Of a stretch of 64,000 bases of DNA, positions 10,031 through 19,796 are shown piece by piece. This stretch comes from Candidatus Latescibacterota bacterium (lineage in GTDB: Bacteria > Latescibacterota > UBA2968 > UBA8231), in the NCBI GenBank assembly GCA_965208105.1, contig OZ242318.1, positions 3,552,001 through 3,616,000 on the forward strand, written 5' to 3'. Below the pieces are notes generated by a model. That model saw only the letters and a list, made by a program, of their open reading frames with translations. It did no database searches and had not been told where the DNA came from. Position numbers and translations under genes: made by a program. Every line of letters begins with the position of its first letter. The stretch's first letter is position 1.

Positions 10031-10846
10031 ATGAGCGATCTTGAAATGCAACAGTACCTGTTCGACGTGCAGGGCTACCTGGTGATTGAAGGGGTGCTGA
10101 GCGCGGAGGAGTTGGCGGCGCTCAACCAGCTCGTCGACGCGCAGCGACTGCCCCCGCCCGAGGAAGCTCACAGATTCGGCAGTGCGGCGGGAAGGACGCC
10201 GGAAGGTCCCGGCTTCCTGGGCTGGGGCCGGCCATTCTGCGACCTGCTCGACCATCCCAGCACCATGCCCATTCTGCGTTTCAGGCTGGGGGACTGCTTC
10301 CGCCTCGACCGCATATACGGATTGCAGATGAGCGCGGGCATGACCTGGGGCCCCCTCCACGCGGATTACGGCGCCTTCGCCCTCCACGCCGAGTCGAAAC
10401 CCGCAGAGTACCACCCCTTCCGCGACAACCAGATCCTCAACGGGTTCGCGGTGGCCGCCTGGAACCTGACGGCGGCCGGGCCCGACCACGGCGGGTTCTG
10501 CTGCATACCCGGCAGCCACAAGACCAACTTCCGATTGCCTCAAAAGGTCTTCGACGCCCCCGACCAGGCGCCCTGCGTGGTCATCCCGGATGCGCCGGCA
10601 GGTTCGGTCACCCTGTTCACCGAGGCCCTGACCCATGGCACCGCGGGCTGGAGGGCGCCGCACCAGCGCCGCGCCCTCCTCTACAAGTACTGCGTTTCGC
10701 ACATGGCGTGGTCGTCGCGCAGGGTGCGGCCGCCGGAGACCGTGGAGCTGACTCCGCGCCAGCAGATTCTGTTCTCTGAACCGGGCGACCCCCATCGATT
10801 CTTCCCCTCCATGTTTGCGGAATCCGAAAGCGAGGCGGTGTCCTGA
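10031..10846 (+). CDS. Phytanoyl-CoA dioxygenase (PhyH) family Fe(II)/2-oxoglutarate enzyme
   Basis: YLFDVQGYLVI, HAD plus EALTHG triad, GFCCIPGSHK, RRALLYKY; AGGAG upstream. Confidence 0.9.
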   Translation: MSDLEMQQYLFDVQGYLVIEGVLSAEELAALNQLVDAQRLPPPEEAHRFGSAAGRTPEGPGFLGWGRPFCDLLDHPSTMPILRFRLGDCFRLDRIYGLQMSAGMTWGPLHADYGAFALHAESKPAEYHPFRDNQILNGFAVAAWNLTAAGPDHGGFCCIPGSHKTNFRLPQKVFDAPDQAPCVVIPDAPAGSVTLFTEALTHGTAGWRAPHQRRALLYKYCVSHMAWSSRRVRPPETVELTPRQQILFSEPGDPHRFFPSMFAESESEAVS

Positions 10847-11862
10847 ACCCTGTCGCCGCGGTCAAGCGCGTCCCCTTCGCCGACCTCCACGCCGAGTTCA
10901 GGCGCATTCTCCTGGGAGAGGGATTCAGCCCCGGGCGCGGCGACCGCTGCGCCCGCATCTTTGCCGAAAATACCCGGGACGGGGTCGATTCCCACGGAAT
11001 CAACAGGTTCCCGGGGTTCGTGGAATCGTGCCGCGGCGGGGTGGTCGACCTGGGCGCCGAAGCCGTCCCGGTCAAGCGGCTGGGGGCCATCGAACAGTGG
11101 GACGGGAAGGGCGGTGTGGGCCTTCTGAACGCCGAGGCGGCCATGGCCCGGGCGGTGGAACTGGCCGCCGCCCACGGGACCGGCTGCGTCGGCCTGAAGA
11201 ACACCAACCACTGGATGCGCGCCGGCACCTATGGCCTCCAGGCGGCCGACGCCGGGTGCATCGGCATTTGCTGGACCAACACCACCGCCCTCATGCCTCC
11301 CTGGGGAGGGGCGGAGCCGAAGGTGGGCAACAATCCCCTGACCCTGTGCGTCCCCCATGGCGGCGGTCACGTGCTCCTCGACATGGCCATGAGCCAGTAC
11401 TCCAACGGCAGGCTCGAAGTTCTGCAGCGGCGCGGCGAGAAGCTGGACTGGCCGGGAGGATACGACGAGGAGGGAAGCCCCACCACCGATCCCGGGGCCA
11501 TCCTCAGGAGCCGGCGGGCCCTGCCCATCGGCTACTGGAAGGGATCGGGCCTGGCGCTGATGCTCGATCTCACCGCGACCCTCATCTCCGGGGGAGACTG
11601 CACCGCCGCCATCGCGAGCCGGCGGGGTGAAACCAGGGTCTCCCAGGTCTTCATGGCAGTCGACGCGAGCTCGCTGGCCGGAGACCGCCGGCTGCAGGGT
11701 ACCGTCGCCCGGGTCCTCGCGGATTTCAAGGACGTTCCCGCCCTCGAAGAGATGGGCGCGGTGCGCTATCCCGGAGAGGGGATGCTGGCCTTCCGGCGCG
11801 ACAGCCTGGAGAACGGCGTCCCGGTGGACCCGGACCTGTGGCGGCGGGTCAGGGAGATGTAA
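10843..11862 (+). CDS. yiaK: 3-dehydro-L-gulonate 2-dehydrogenase (Ldh_2 family)
   Basis: VPFADLHAEFRRIL, GVDSHGINRFP, NTNHWMRAGTYG, ICWTNT, GNNPL, DMAMSQYS, LPIGYWKGSGL. Homology extends well upstream of the ORF-track start; probable CTG start at 10843. Confidence 0.88.
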   Translation: MNPVAAVKRVPFADLHAEFRRILLGEGFSPGRGDRCARIFAENTRDGVDSHGINRFPGFVESCRGGVVDLGAEAVPVKRLGAIEQWDGKGGVGLLNAEAAMARAVELAAAHGTGCVGLKNTNHWMRAGTYGLQAADAGCIGICWTNTTALMPPWGGAEPKVGNNPLTLCVPHGGGHVLLDMAMSQYSNGRLEVLQRRGEKLDWPGGYDEEGSPTTDPGAILRSRRALPIGYWKGSGLALMLDLTATLISGGDCTAAIASRRGETRVSQVFMAVDASSLAGDRRLQGTVARVLADFKDVPALEEMGAVRYPGEGMLAFRRDSLENGVPVDPDLWRRVREM

Positions 11863-11911
11863 CCAATCCCCATGCCGGTGCGCCCAGGCACCGGGTTGAA
11901 AGGCGGCAGCA

Positions 11912-12859
11912 ATGAAGATTTCCGTGTGGAACGAAGACCTCTCCGAGCGCTACCTCAGGCAGGTGACCCAGTTGGGAGCCGAGTACATCGACTTCGGTTC
12001 CGGCGACTGGTTTCCGGGGGTCGCCGAGCAGGGCTACCCCGACCTCGATGCGGTGATCGAAACGCGCCGGAAGATCCGCTCCGGCGGCCTGGACATCAAC
12101 CGCGTCACCCTTCCTGACATCGGCGCCGATTTCATGGCCGGGCGCCCCGAAGGAGACCGGGACCTGGAGAACACCTGCCACGCCCTGCGGGTCTTCGCCG
12201 AGGCCGGATGCCCGCTGGCCAGGCAGCGGTTCGCCGGCGACACCTTCGGCCACCTGATGGCGCGGTCCATGACCCCCCACCGCGGCGGTTACATGGCGCG
12301 CGCCGAAAGCCTGGTGATCCCCTCCCCCGCGATTCCCGGCCGCGAAGAGCTCGATTCGTGGTGGGAGCGCTTCCGCCTGGTCTACGACGCCCTGGTGCCC
12401 ATCGCCGACGAGACCGGGATCAAGCTCGTAATGCACCCGTCGGACGTGCCCAACCAGGATACCCCCTTCGGCGGCATCGGGTTTCACCGCGTCATCGACC
12501 AGTACCCCAGCCCCAGGGTTGGCTACCTCTACTGCTGCGGCACCCGCGCCGCGGCCGGCGGTTCGGCCATCGTCCTCGACGAGATCAACAGCTACGGCCG
12601 CAAGGACCGGATCTTCATGGTCCACCTCCGCAACGTCCGCGGCAGCCTGGCCACCGCCGGGGGCTTCGAGGAGGTGTTGCTCGACGACGGCGACATGAAC
12701 ATGTTCCGCGTCCTGCAGGCGCTGGACAAGGTCGGCTTCGACGGCTGCATCAACCCCGACCACCATCCGCGCCTCGAAGGGGACGGCGACCGGGTGGTCG
12801 CCCTGGGCTACGCCATCGGCTACATCAAGGCCTGTCTCGCGGCCTTGTCCGTGGTCTAA
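11912..12859 (+). CDS. Mannonate dehydratase (UxuA)-like protein
   Basis: LVPIADETGIKLVMHPSD, CCGT, RIFMVHLRNVRG, FEEVLLDDGDMNM, PDHHP, YAIGYIKA. Confidence 0.82.
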   Translation: MKISVWNEDLSERYLRQVTQLGAEYIDFGSGDWFPGVAEQGYPDLDAVIETRRKIRSGGLDINRVTLPDIGADFMAGRPEGDRDLENTCHALRVFAEAGCPLARQRFAGDTFGHLMARSMTPHRGGYMARAESLVIPSPAIPGREELDSWWERFRLVYDALVPIADETGIKLVMHPSDVPNQDTPFGGIGFHRVIDQYPSPRVGYLYCCGTRAAAGGSAIVLDEINSYGRKDRIFMVHLRNVRGSLATAGGFEEVLLDDGDMNMFRVLQALDKVGFDGCINPDHHPRLEGDGDRVVALGYAIGYIKACLAALSVV

Positions 12860-12969
12860 CAGCTCGTATCCCCTAGCAGATGGCGGGGTTTGATCCGACC
12901 TGCGCCGGAGCCTACCTTATGGCCGCGGTGGCCGTTGCATGCAATAATGGCGCACCCGCGGGAAATCCC

Positions 12970-14535
12970 ATGAACATCGCCCAGCTTTTGACCAAGTCCG
13001 CCCGCACCTTCCCCGACAACCTGGCCCTCGCCCACGGGTCGGCGCGGTGGACCTACGCCCAGTTCGACGCCCGCGCCAACCGCCTTGCCCAGGCCCTCCA
13101 CCGGCTCGGGGTGCGGCCCGGAGACCACGTGGCCATCCTGATGTACAATCTGCCCGAAATGCTGGAGTCGCTGTTCGCCTGCTTCAAGGCGGGCTGCGTG
13201 GCGGTGCCCATAAACTTCCGCCTGCACCCCAGGGAGTTCGTCTTCATCATCGATCATTCCGAGGCCGCCGCGGTCATCTTCTCGCCCGAGTTCAACGAGC
13301 CCATCGCGCAGATGGGCGCGAGTCTGCCCCGGGTCCGCCACCGGATCGCGGTGGAGGGTGCCGCGGGCGAGGTCCTGGACTACGAGGCCCTGCTGGCGGC
13401 CGAGTCCCCCCGGTTCGCCGACGCCGAGGTGGACGGGGGCGACGTCGCCTGGATCTTCTACACCTCGGGGACCACGGGACAGCCGAAGGGCGCCATGCTG
13501 ACCCATCGCAACCTGCTCGCCATGACCATGAATTTCTACGCCGATCTGAGCCGGGGCTTCGGCCCCGGGGACGTGGCCCTGCACGCCGCGCCCCTGTCCC
13601 ACGGCAGCGGCCTCTACGCCCTGCCCAATATCGGCAAGGCCGCGGCCAACGTCATTCCCGAGTCCAAGTCCTTCGACCCCGAGCAGGTGTTGGCCGCTGT
13701 CCAGGATTACGGCGTCACCAACATGTTCGCGGCGCCCACCATGATAAAGCGCCTGGTGGACAGTCCGGCCGTGGGCCGCTATGACTGCAGCTCGCTGAAA
13801 ACCCTGAACTACGGCGGCGGTCCCATGCTGGCCGAAGACCTGCTGCAGGCCATGAGAAGGTTCGGGCCGTGCCTGGTGCAACTCTACGGACAGGGCGAAT
13901 CCCCCATGACCATCACCTACCTTCCCCATCGCGACCACCTCCTGGAAGGTACGGAGGAGCAGATGAAGCGCCTGAGCTCGGCCGGCTTCGCGCGCACCGA
14001 CGTCGAGGTCAGGATCTTCGACGAGGAGGGCAACGAGGTTGCCCCGGGGGAGATGGGCGAGGTGGTGACGCGCTCGGACCTGGTGATGAAGGGCTACTGG
14101 AAGAACCCGCGGGCCACGGCGGAAACCCTGAGGAACGGATGGCTGCACACCGGCGACGTGGGCTATCTCGACGAGCGCGGCTACCTCTTCCTCATGGACC
14201 GCTCGAAGGACATGATCGTAAGCGGCGGCGAGAACATCTACCCGCGCGAAATCGAGGAGGTGGTCATCCAGCATCCGGCGGTGGCCGAGGTCGCCGTCAT
14301 CGGCGTTCCCGACCCGCAGTGGGGGGAGGCGATCAAGGCCGTTGTCGCCCTCGTTCCCGGCTGCGAAGCCACCGAGGAGGAGCTCATCGATTTCTGCAGG
14401 GAATACATCGCCGGCTACAAGAAGCCCAAATCGGTGGACTTCGTCGAAGAGTTGCCCAAGAACAACTACGGCAAGATCGTGAAGCACTCGCTGCGGGCGC
14501 AGTACTGGGAGGGGAAGGAGAGCAGAGTCATTTGA
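12970..14535 (+). CDS. Long-chain-fatty-acid--CoA ligase (AMP-binding)
   Basis: YTSGTTGQPKG, YGQGE, WLHTGD, DRSKDMIVSGGENIYP, LPKNNYGKI. Confidence 0.93.
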   Translation: MNIAQLLTKSARTFPDNLALAHGSARWTYAQFDARANRLAQALHRLGVRPGDHVAILMYNLPEMLESLFACFKAGCVAVPINFRLHPREFVFIIDHSEAAAVIFSPEFNEPIAQMGASLPRVRHRIAVEGAAGEVLDYEALLAAESPRFADAEVDGGDVAWIFYTSGTTGQPKGAMLTHRNLLAMTMNFYADLSRGFGPGDVALHAAPLSHGSGLYALPNIGKAAANVIPESKSFDPEQVLAAVQDYGVTNMFAAPTMIKRLVDSPAVGRYDCSSLKTLNYGGGPMLAEDLLQAMRRFGPCLVQLYGQGESPMTITYLPHRDHLLEGTEEQMKRLSSAGFARTDVEVRIFDEEGNEVAPGEMGEVVTRSDLVMKGYWKNPRATAETLRNGWLHTGDVGYLDERGYLFLMDRSKDMIVSGGENIYPREIEEVVIQHPAVAEVAVIGVPDPQWGEAIKAVVALVPGCEATEEELIDFCREYIAGYKKPKSVDFVEELPKNNYGKIVKHSLRAQYWEGKESRVI

Positions 14536-14558
14536 ATCGTGACCGGAGAGGGGAGAGA

Positions 14559-15830
14559 ATGGCAACGGCAAAGAAGCGCAGGCTGGGCCGGGGGGTGGCG
14601 ATGGTAGGCGCGGGCATGTCCAACTTCGACATGTTCCCCGAGAAGGACTCCAAGGATTTGTTCTCGGAGGCCTTCCGGGAATTGGTCGCCTCGGTGGACA
14701 AGGGAGTCGACCCCGGCGACATCGACGCCCTCTACCTGGGCAACTTCACCAACGACTTCTTCGTGGGGCAGTCCCACTGGGGCGCGATCATCGCCGATGC
14801 CGCGGGCCTGGTGCCCAGACCGGCAACGCGCACGGAAGGGGCCTGCGCCTCCAGCGCCATAGCCTTCAGGGAAGGGGTCTTCGCCATCGCGTCCGGGTTC
14901 TACGACATGGTCCTGGTGGCCGGGGTCGAGGACATGTCCAAGCGCTCCACCGCCGAGGTCGCCGAGGGCCTGGCGGTGGCCGCGGTGCCCTACGAGCGCA
15001 AGTCGGGCTTCACCTTTCCAGGGGTGTTCGGGGCCATAGCCACCGCCTACTTCGAGCGCTACGGCGCCGGCCGCGAGCACCTCATGAACGTCACCATCAA
15101 GAGCCACGACAACGCGCCCCTCAATCCGAGGGCCCAGTACCGCTCGTCGGTGGGGGACATCATGGCCTCCAGGATCGCCCGCGCCGAGAGCCGGGGGGAG
15201 GCGGTGCCCGCGTGGGCGGACGAGAAAGACTTTCTCGGCGACCCCAGGGTGAATCCACCTGTCGCCTGGCCCATGCACCTCTTCGACTGCTGCCCGATCA
15301 GCGACGGCGCCGTCTGCATCCTGCTGGTGGGCGAGGAGATCGCCCGCAATTTCACCGACGCTCCCCTCCACGTGGTGGGCATCGGGCAGGGCAGCGGCAG
15401 GGGGCTCCACGCCGCCAGCGACCTGACCTCCTTCGAGGCCACGCGCTACGCCGCCCGGGAAGCCTACGCCATGGCGGGAATCGGGCCCGGTGACGTGCAT
15501 TGCGCCGAGGTGCACGACTGTTTTTCCATAGCGGAAATCATCCACATCGAGGACCTCGGGTTCTTCCCGCCGGGCGAAGGCTACAGGGCGGTGGAGGAAG
15601 GAGCGACGCGGCTCCACGGTCCCAAGCCGGTCAATACCTCGGGCGGCCTGAAGTGCAAGGGGCATCCCGTGGGGGCGACGGGGGCGGCCCAGCTGATGGA
15701 GATTTGGGAGCAGTTGCGCAGGGAGGCCGGAGAGAGGCAGGTGCCGAGCCCCGATCTGAGCCTGGGGGCGGCGCACAATCTGGGCGGGACCGGCGGCACC
15801 AGCACCGTCACCATCCTGGAGAGGAGATAG
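14559..15830 (+). CDS. SCP-x/SCP2-type thiolase family protein
   Basis: EGACASS, CCPISDGA, EVHDCF, NTSGGL, GHPVGATG, AHNLGG; purine-rich RBS before ATG 14559. Confidence 0.92.
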   Translation: MATAKKRRLGRGVAMVGAGMSNFDMFPEKDSKDLFSEAFRELVASVDKGVDPGDIDALYLGNFTNDFFVGQSHWGAIIADAAGLVPRPATRTEGACASSAIAFREGVFAIASGFYDMVLVAGVEDMSKRSTAEVAEGLAVAAVPYERKSGFTFPGVFGAIATAYFERYGAGREHLMNVTIKSHDNAPLNPRAQYRSSVGDIMASRIARAESRGEAVPAWADEKDFLGDPRVNPPVAWPMHLFDCCPISDGAVCILLVGEEIARNFTDAPLHVVGIGQGSGRGLHAASDLTSFEATRYAAREAYAMAGIGPGDVHCAEVHDCFSIAEIIHIEDLGFFPPGEGYRAVEEGATRLHGPKPVNTSGGLKCKGHPVGATGAAQLMEIWEQLRREAGERQVPSPDLSLGAAHNLGGTGGTSTVTILERR

Positions 15831-15833
15831 GCC

Positions 15834-16289
15834 TTGGAAGAGAGACCCATAAGCGACCACTGGTTCGAGGAGTTTCTCAAGGAAGAGAGGCTCATGGGAT
15901 CGCGCTGCCGGGACTGCGGCGCTCTCTTCGTTCCGCCGCGCGCCCTGTGCATCGAGTGCCACGGTGACGCGCTGCAATGGGCCGAGATGGGGGGGAAGGG
16001 AAAACTCGCCGCCTTCACCTCCATATTCATCGGCCCCCCCGCAATGGTCGAGGAAGGCTACGACCGGAAGAACCCCTACTGCACGGGCGTGGTGGAGCTG
16101 GAGGAGAGTCCCCGCGTCGTCGCCCGCATCGAAGGGGTGGACGCGCGCAACCCCGAGAGCATCGAGACCGGCACTCCCCTGGAGGCTTGCTTTCTGCACA
16201 GGGGCAGTGACGCGGAGCGCAGGACCATCCTGGCCTTCCGCCCCGCCCAGGCGGGACCCCGGAGCAAGCGGCCGCCGCGTTCCGGATAG
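15834..16289 (+). CDS. DUF35 Zn-ribbon/OB-fold thiolase partner
   Basis: CRDCG..VPPRALCIEC, GKLAAFT, GVVELEE; 3 nt after the thiolase stop; TTG start. Confidence 0.9.
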   Translation: MEERPISDHWFEEFLKEERLMGSRCRDCGALFVPPRALCIECHGDALQWAEMGGKGKLAAFTSIFIGPPAMVEEGYDRKNPYCTGVVELEESPRVVARIEGVDARNPESIETGTPLEACFLHRGSDAERRTILAFRPAQAGPRSKRPPRSG

Positions 16290-16300
16290 AAGCTGGAGAA

Positions 16301-17620
16301 ATGCAGGGACGGAATTCGAGAAGGCCCAACGTCATCGTCTTCTTCACCGACCAGCAGCGGTGGGATACCACCGGGCTGCACGGCAATCCCCTGGACCTCA
16401 CGCCCAACCTCGACCGCATGGCCCGGCGCGGGACCCACCTGCGCTACTCGTTCACCTGCCAGCCGGTGTGCGGCCCGGCGCGGTCCTGCCTGCAGACGGG
16501 GTTGCACGCCACCAGGAGCGGGTGCTTTCGCAACGGCATTCCGCTGCCGTCCCATCTGAAGACCCTGGCCCATCACTTCGGCGGCGCCGGCTACGCCACC
16601 GGATACATCGGCAAGTGGCACCTCTACGAAGGTTCCGACGGGCCGGTGCCCGCCGAGCACCGCGCCGGATACGACTACTGGCTGGCGTCCAACATCCTGG
16701 AGTTCACCTCCGATTCCTACCGGACCACTCTCTACGACAACGACAACCGTGCCGTCGAACTCCCCGGCTACCGGGTCGACGCGGTCACCGACGCCATGAT
16801 CCGCTTCATCGACCGCCACCGGGAGCAGCCCTTCTTCCTTTTCACCTCCTACATCGAGCCGCACCACCAGAACCACCTGGACGACTATCCGCCGCCGGAG
16901 GGCTACCGGGAGCGCTACAGCGGAAGGTGGGTCCCGCCCGACCTGGCTGCGCTGGGTGGATCGGCGCACCGCCATCTGGGCGGTTATTTCGGCATGGTGA
17001 AGAGGCTGGACGAAGCCCTGGGACGGCTGCTGGACGCGCTCAGGAGCCTCGACCTGGCCGAGGACACCATCGTGCTCTTCACCTCCGATCACGGGTGCCA
17101 CTTCAAGACCCGCAACGGCGAGTACAAACGGTCCTGCCACGAAAGCTCGATCCGGGTGCCCACCGCCTTGCACGGAGCGGGATTCACCGGGGGCGGGCAG
17201 GTCCAGCAACTGGTGAGCCTGATCGACCTGCCCCCGACCCTGCTGGACGCGGCCGGACTGAAGGTGCCCGAGGAGGAGATGGAGGGACGGTCCATACTGC
17301 CGCTGCTGCGCGGCGACGCCGGCGGCTGGCCCGAGGAGGTCTTCTTCCAGATCAGCGAGTCCCAGGTCGGCCGGGGGGTGCGCACCCGGCGCTGGAAGTA
17401 CGGGGTCGACGCACCGGGCAAGGACGGCCGGCGAGACCCTGGGTCCTCCCGCTACGTGGAGCAGTACCTCTACGACTTGCAGGCCGACCCCCATGAACTG
17501 CGCAATCTCGCCGGCGCCGATTCCCACCGGGACGTGGCCGAAGACATGAAAGCGCGCCTTGTGCGGAGAATGGTCGCCGCCGGCGAAGCGGCGCCGGAGA
17601 TAGATGCGGCGCCGGCCTGA
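16301..17620 (+). CDS. Sulfatase (formylglycine-dependent)
   Basis: PNVIVFFTDQQR, CGPARS (CxPxR), GYIGKWHL, FTSDHG, LYDLQADPHE. Confidence 0.95.
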   Translation: MQGRNSRRPNVIVFFTDQQRWDTTGLHGNPLDLTPNLDRMARRGTHLRYSFTCQPVCGPARSCLQTGLHATRSGCFRNGIPLPSHLKTLAHHFGGAGYATGYIGKWHLYEGSDGPVPAEHRAGYDYWLASNILEFTSDSYRTTLYDNDNRAVELPGYRVDAVTDAMIRFIDRHREQPFFLFTSYIEPHHQNHLDDYPPPEGYRERYSGRWVPPDLAALGGSAHRHLGGYFGMVKRLDEALGRLLDALRSLDLAEDTIVLFTSDHGCHFKTRNGEYKRSCHESSIRVPTALHGAGFTGGGQVQQLVSLIDLPPTLLDAAGLKVPEEEMEGRSILPLLRGDAGGWPEEVFFQISESQVGRGVRTRRWKYGVDAPGKDGRRDPGSSRYVEQYLYDLQADPHELRNLAGADSHRDVAEDMKARLVRRMVAAGEAAPEIDAAPA

Positions 17621-17728
17621 GGCTGGCCAAGGGGTGCCCGGCCGCCACCGGAACCCGGGGCGGTATTCCGCAGTGGCCGCGACCCGACGATTGTCCTGAC
17701 TTCGCCAACCCTGCTCGAGGAGCACGAC

Positions 17729-18640
17729 ATGCAATACGACAGCGCCCGAAGGACCTTCGATTGCGACCCGACCCTGACCGACACCGAGGTGTTGGAGTTC
17801 TGCCGGCAGGGCTACCTGATCCTGCCCGGGGTGGTGCCCGACGAGATCAACCGGCGCACCGGCGACTACCTCGAGGGCAGAATCGAGGCCGAGCCCTGCT
17901 TTGTTCCTCCCGGGATGGGCACGGCGGACCTGGAGCGCATCCGCGCTTCCCACGAGCCCAGCACCATCCTGCTGGAGAGCTGGTTCATCGAGCAGGTGCT
18001 GCTCAACGAGCGACTGGCGGGGGTCATGAGGTCGCTTCTGGGGTCCGGCGTGGGCCTGCCGGTGCTGGCCAGCCATCACGGCGTGGACTGCCCCATGGAA
18101 GCCCAAGGCTGGCACCAGGACGCCGACCACATATTCGGCCCCGAGCTCAACTTCCTCGAGGTATTCTACTTTCCCCAGGACACGCCTACCGAGCTGGGCC
18201 CCACCGAGCTGGTGCCGGGCACTCACCTGGGTCCGCAGCAGCGTGAGACGGAGGAGAAGGGAGTCCTGAGCGACGGGCCCGCCGGGACCCTGGGCATCCA
18301 CCACCAGAGCATCCTCCACCGCAGGGCCGCCTCCACCGCCAGGGGCAAGCGCCACATGCTCAAGTACAACTACTGGCGCACCTCTCCGCCCCGGCGGGAC
18401 TGGCGCGTCGAGCCCGGCTTCGATCTGCACAGGGCCTACTACGGCGGCCACGCCGAGGCGCGCTACGTGGCCCACATGTTCTACTGGCTCTGCGGCCGCG
18501 GCGACCAGTACCGCATCATCGGGGGCCAGGGATGGCCCTGGTCGACGGAGAACCAGATCGGGCCCTCCTACGGCTTCGGCTGCACCGAGGGGAGCCTTCC
18601 CGACTGGCACCGCAGCAGCGCCGACGGCTACCTGCGCTGA
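17729..18640 (+). CDS. PhyH family dioxygenase
   Basis: FCRQGYLIL, GWHQD, GPTELVPGTH, SILHR, RHMLKY. Confidence 0.85.
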   Translation: MQYDSARRTFDCDPTLTDTEVLEFCRQGYLILPGVVPDEINRRTGDYLEGRIEAEPCFVPPGMGTADLERIRASHEPSTILLESWFIEQVLLNERLAGVMRSLLGSGVGLPVLASHHGVDCPMEAQGWHQDADHIFGPELNFLEVFYFPQDTPTELGPTELVPGTHLGPQQRETEEKGVLSDGPAGTLGIHHQSILHRRAASTARGKRHMLKYNYWRTSPPRRDWRVEPGFDLHRAYYGGHAEARYVAHMFYWLCGRGDQYRIIGGQGWPWSTENQIGPSYGFGCTEGSLPDWHRSSADGYLR

Positions 18641-18753
18641 GCCCGAGCGCGGGGAAGGCGCCGGTCCCGTCCGCTGCCCGGACTCGCCCGCCTCGACGGC
18701 GCCTCATGTTCCCGCCGCCGCCGACCGTCCGCCTCCGCGAGGGAAAACGGGTC

Positions 18754-19494
18754 CTACCCCTTCTGTCCCTTGCGCCACTCCTCGTATTCGGCCCTGGCCT
18801 CCTCGGAGAGGGGATAGTACTTCTTCAGGTGGCCGCCCCGGGCCAGCATCATGCGGCTGAAGTCCTCCCATTCGGCATGGGCGCCGGCCTGCTCCAGCAG
18901 CTCCGGGGCCAGCTTGACGGGAACGACCACGGCCCCGTCGTCGTCGGCGACGATGATGTCGCCCGGCAGGACCATGGTGGAACCGCAGGCGATGGGGACG
19001 TTGACGGCGTAGGGGAAGATATTGGTCTGGGTGTGGAAGTTGGGGGTGGTGCCCCGGAGCCAGAGTCCCAGGTCCAGGTCCTCCAGTACCTTGGGGAAAT
19101 CGCGGATGCAGCCGTCGACGATGGCGGCGATGCCGCCGCGGCCGCTGAAGAAGGTGAGCATCATCTCGCCGAAGACTCCGCTGCTCATGTCGCCGCGGGC
19201 GTCGACGACGATGATGTCGCCGGGGCGGGCGTGGTAGAGGGCGTGGCGGTGCAACTGCAGCTCGGGCTCGGCGTACTCGTCCACCGCGTACTGGTCTTCG
19301 CGCTTGGGCATGAACTGCAGGGTCAGGGCCGGGCCCACCACCTTCTTGCCGGGAGTCCGGGGGGTCAGGCCCAGGAGGTGGGGATCGCGGATCCCCATGC
19401 GCGCGAGCTCGCCGGCGGCGGTGGCGCTGCTGATCTGGGTGAAGCCCGCGATCAGCTCCCGCGGGGGACGCTCGATGTCGTGAGTTTCGATCAT
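18754..19494 (-). CDS. RraA family / HMG aldolase-like protein
   Basis: VVGPALTLQFMPKRED, GVFGEMM, VDGCIRD, PGDIIVADDDGAVVVP; GGAGG before ATG at 19494. Confidence 0.88.
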   Translation of the reverse strand: MIETHDIERPPRELIAGFTQISSATAAGELARMGIRDPHLLGLTPRTPGKKVVGPALTLQFMPKREDQYAVDEYAEPELQLHRHALYHARPGDIIVVDARGDMSSGVFGEMMLTFFSGRGGIAAIVDGCIRDFPKVLEDLDLGLWLRGTTPNFHTQTNIFPYAVNVPIACGSTMVLPGDIIVADDDGAVVVPVKLAPELLEQAGAHAEWEDFSRMMLARGGHLKKYYPLSEEARAEYEEWRKGQKG

Positions 19495-19796
19495 GCTTCC
19501 TCCGGGAGAAAGGAGCGGATGGAATTTCCGGGGAATAATACGCTTTTGCGGATGGGCGGCCAAGCCGGGACCACGCGGTCCACGGAGCTGCCAAGAGGAG
19601 AATGAGGCCTCCTCATGCGGACTCCTTCCTGCGGCCTTCCATCCATTCCACGCCTCCGCGTTCATCCCTCTCCGACCGCATTGACAGGGAGCATGGGAGT
19701 CTCCATACTTCAGCGTCGGAGCCGGTATTGCCCCCGCCGGGACAGGTTCGCGGGCACCGCTCGCAATGCCGGACAACCGATCCGGAAGGAAGGACC

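Noticed and set aside
16076-18610. 844-aa minus-strand ORF and similar long shadow ORFs (8160-10034, 12856-14571, 14466-16199, 59805-61505)
   Set aside because: They are antisense or alternate-frame to well-supported genes, carry no motifs, and are typical high-GC artefacts.
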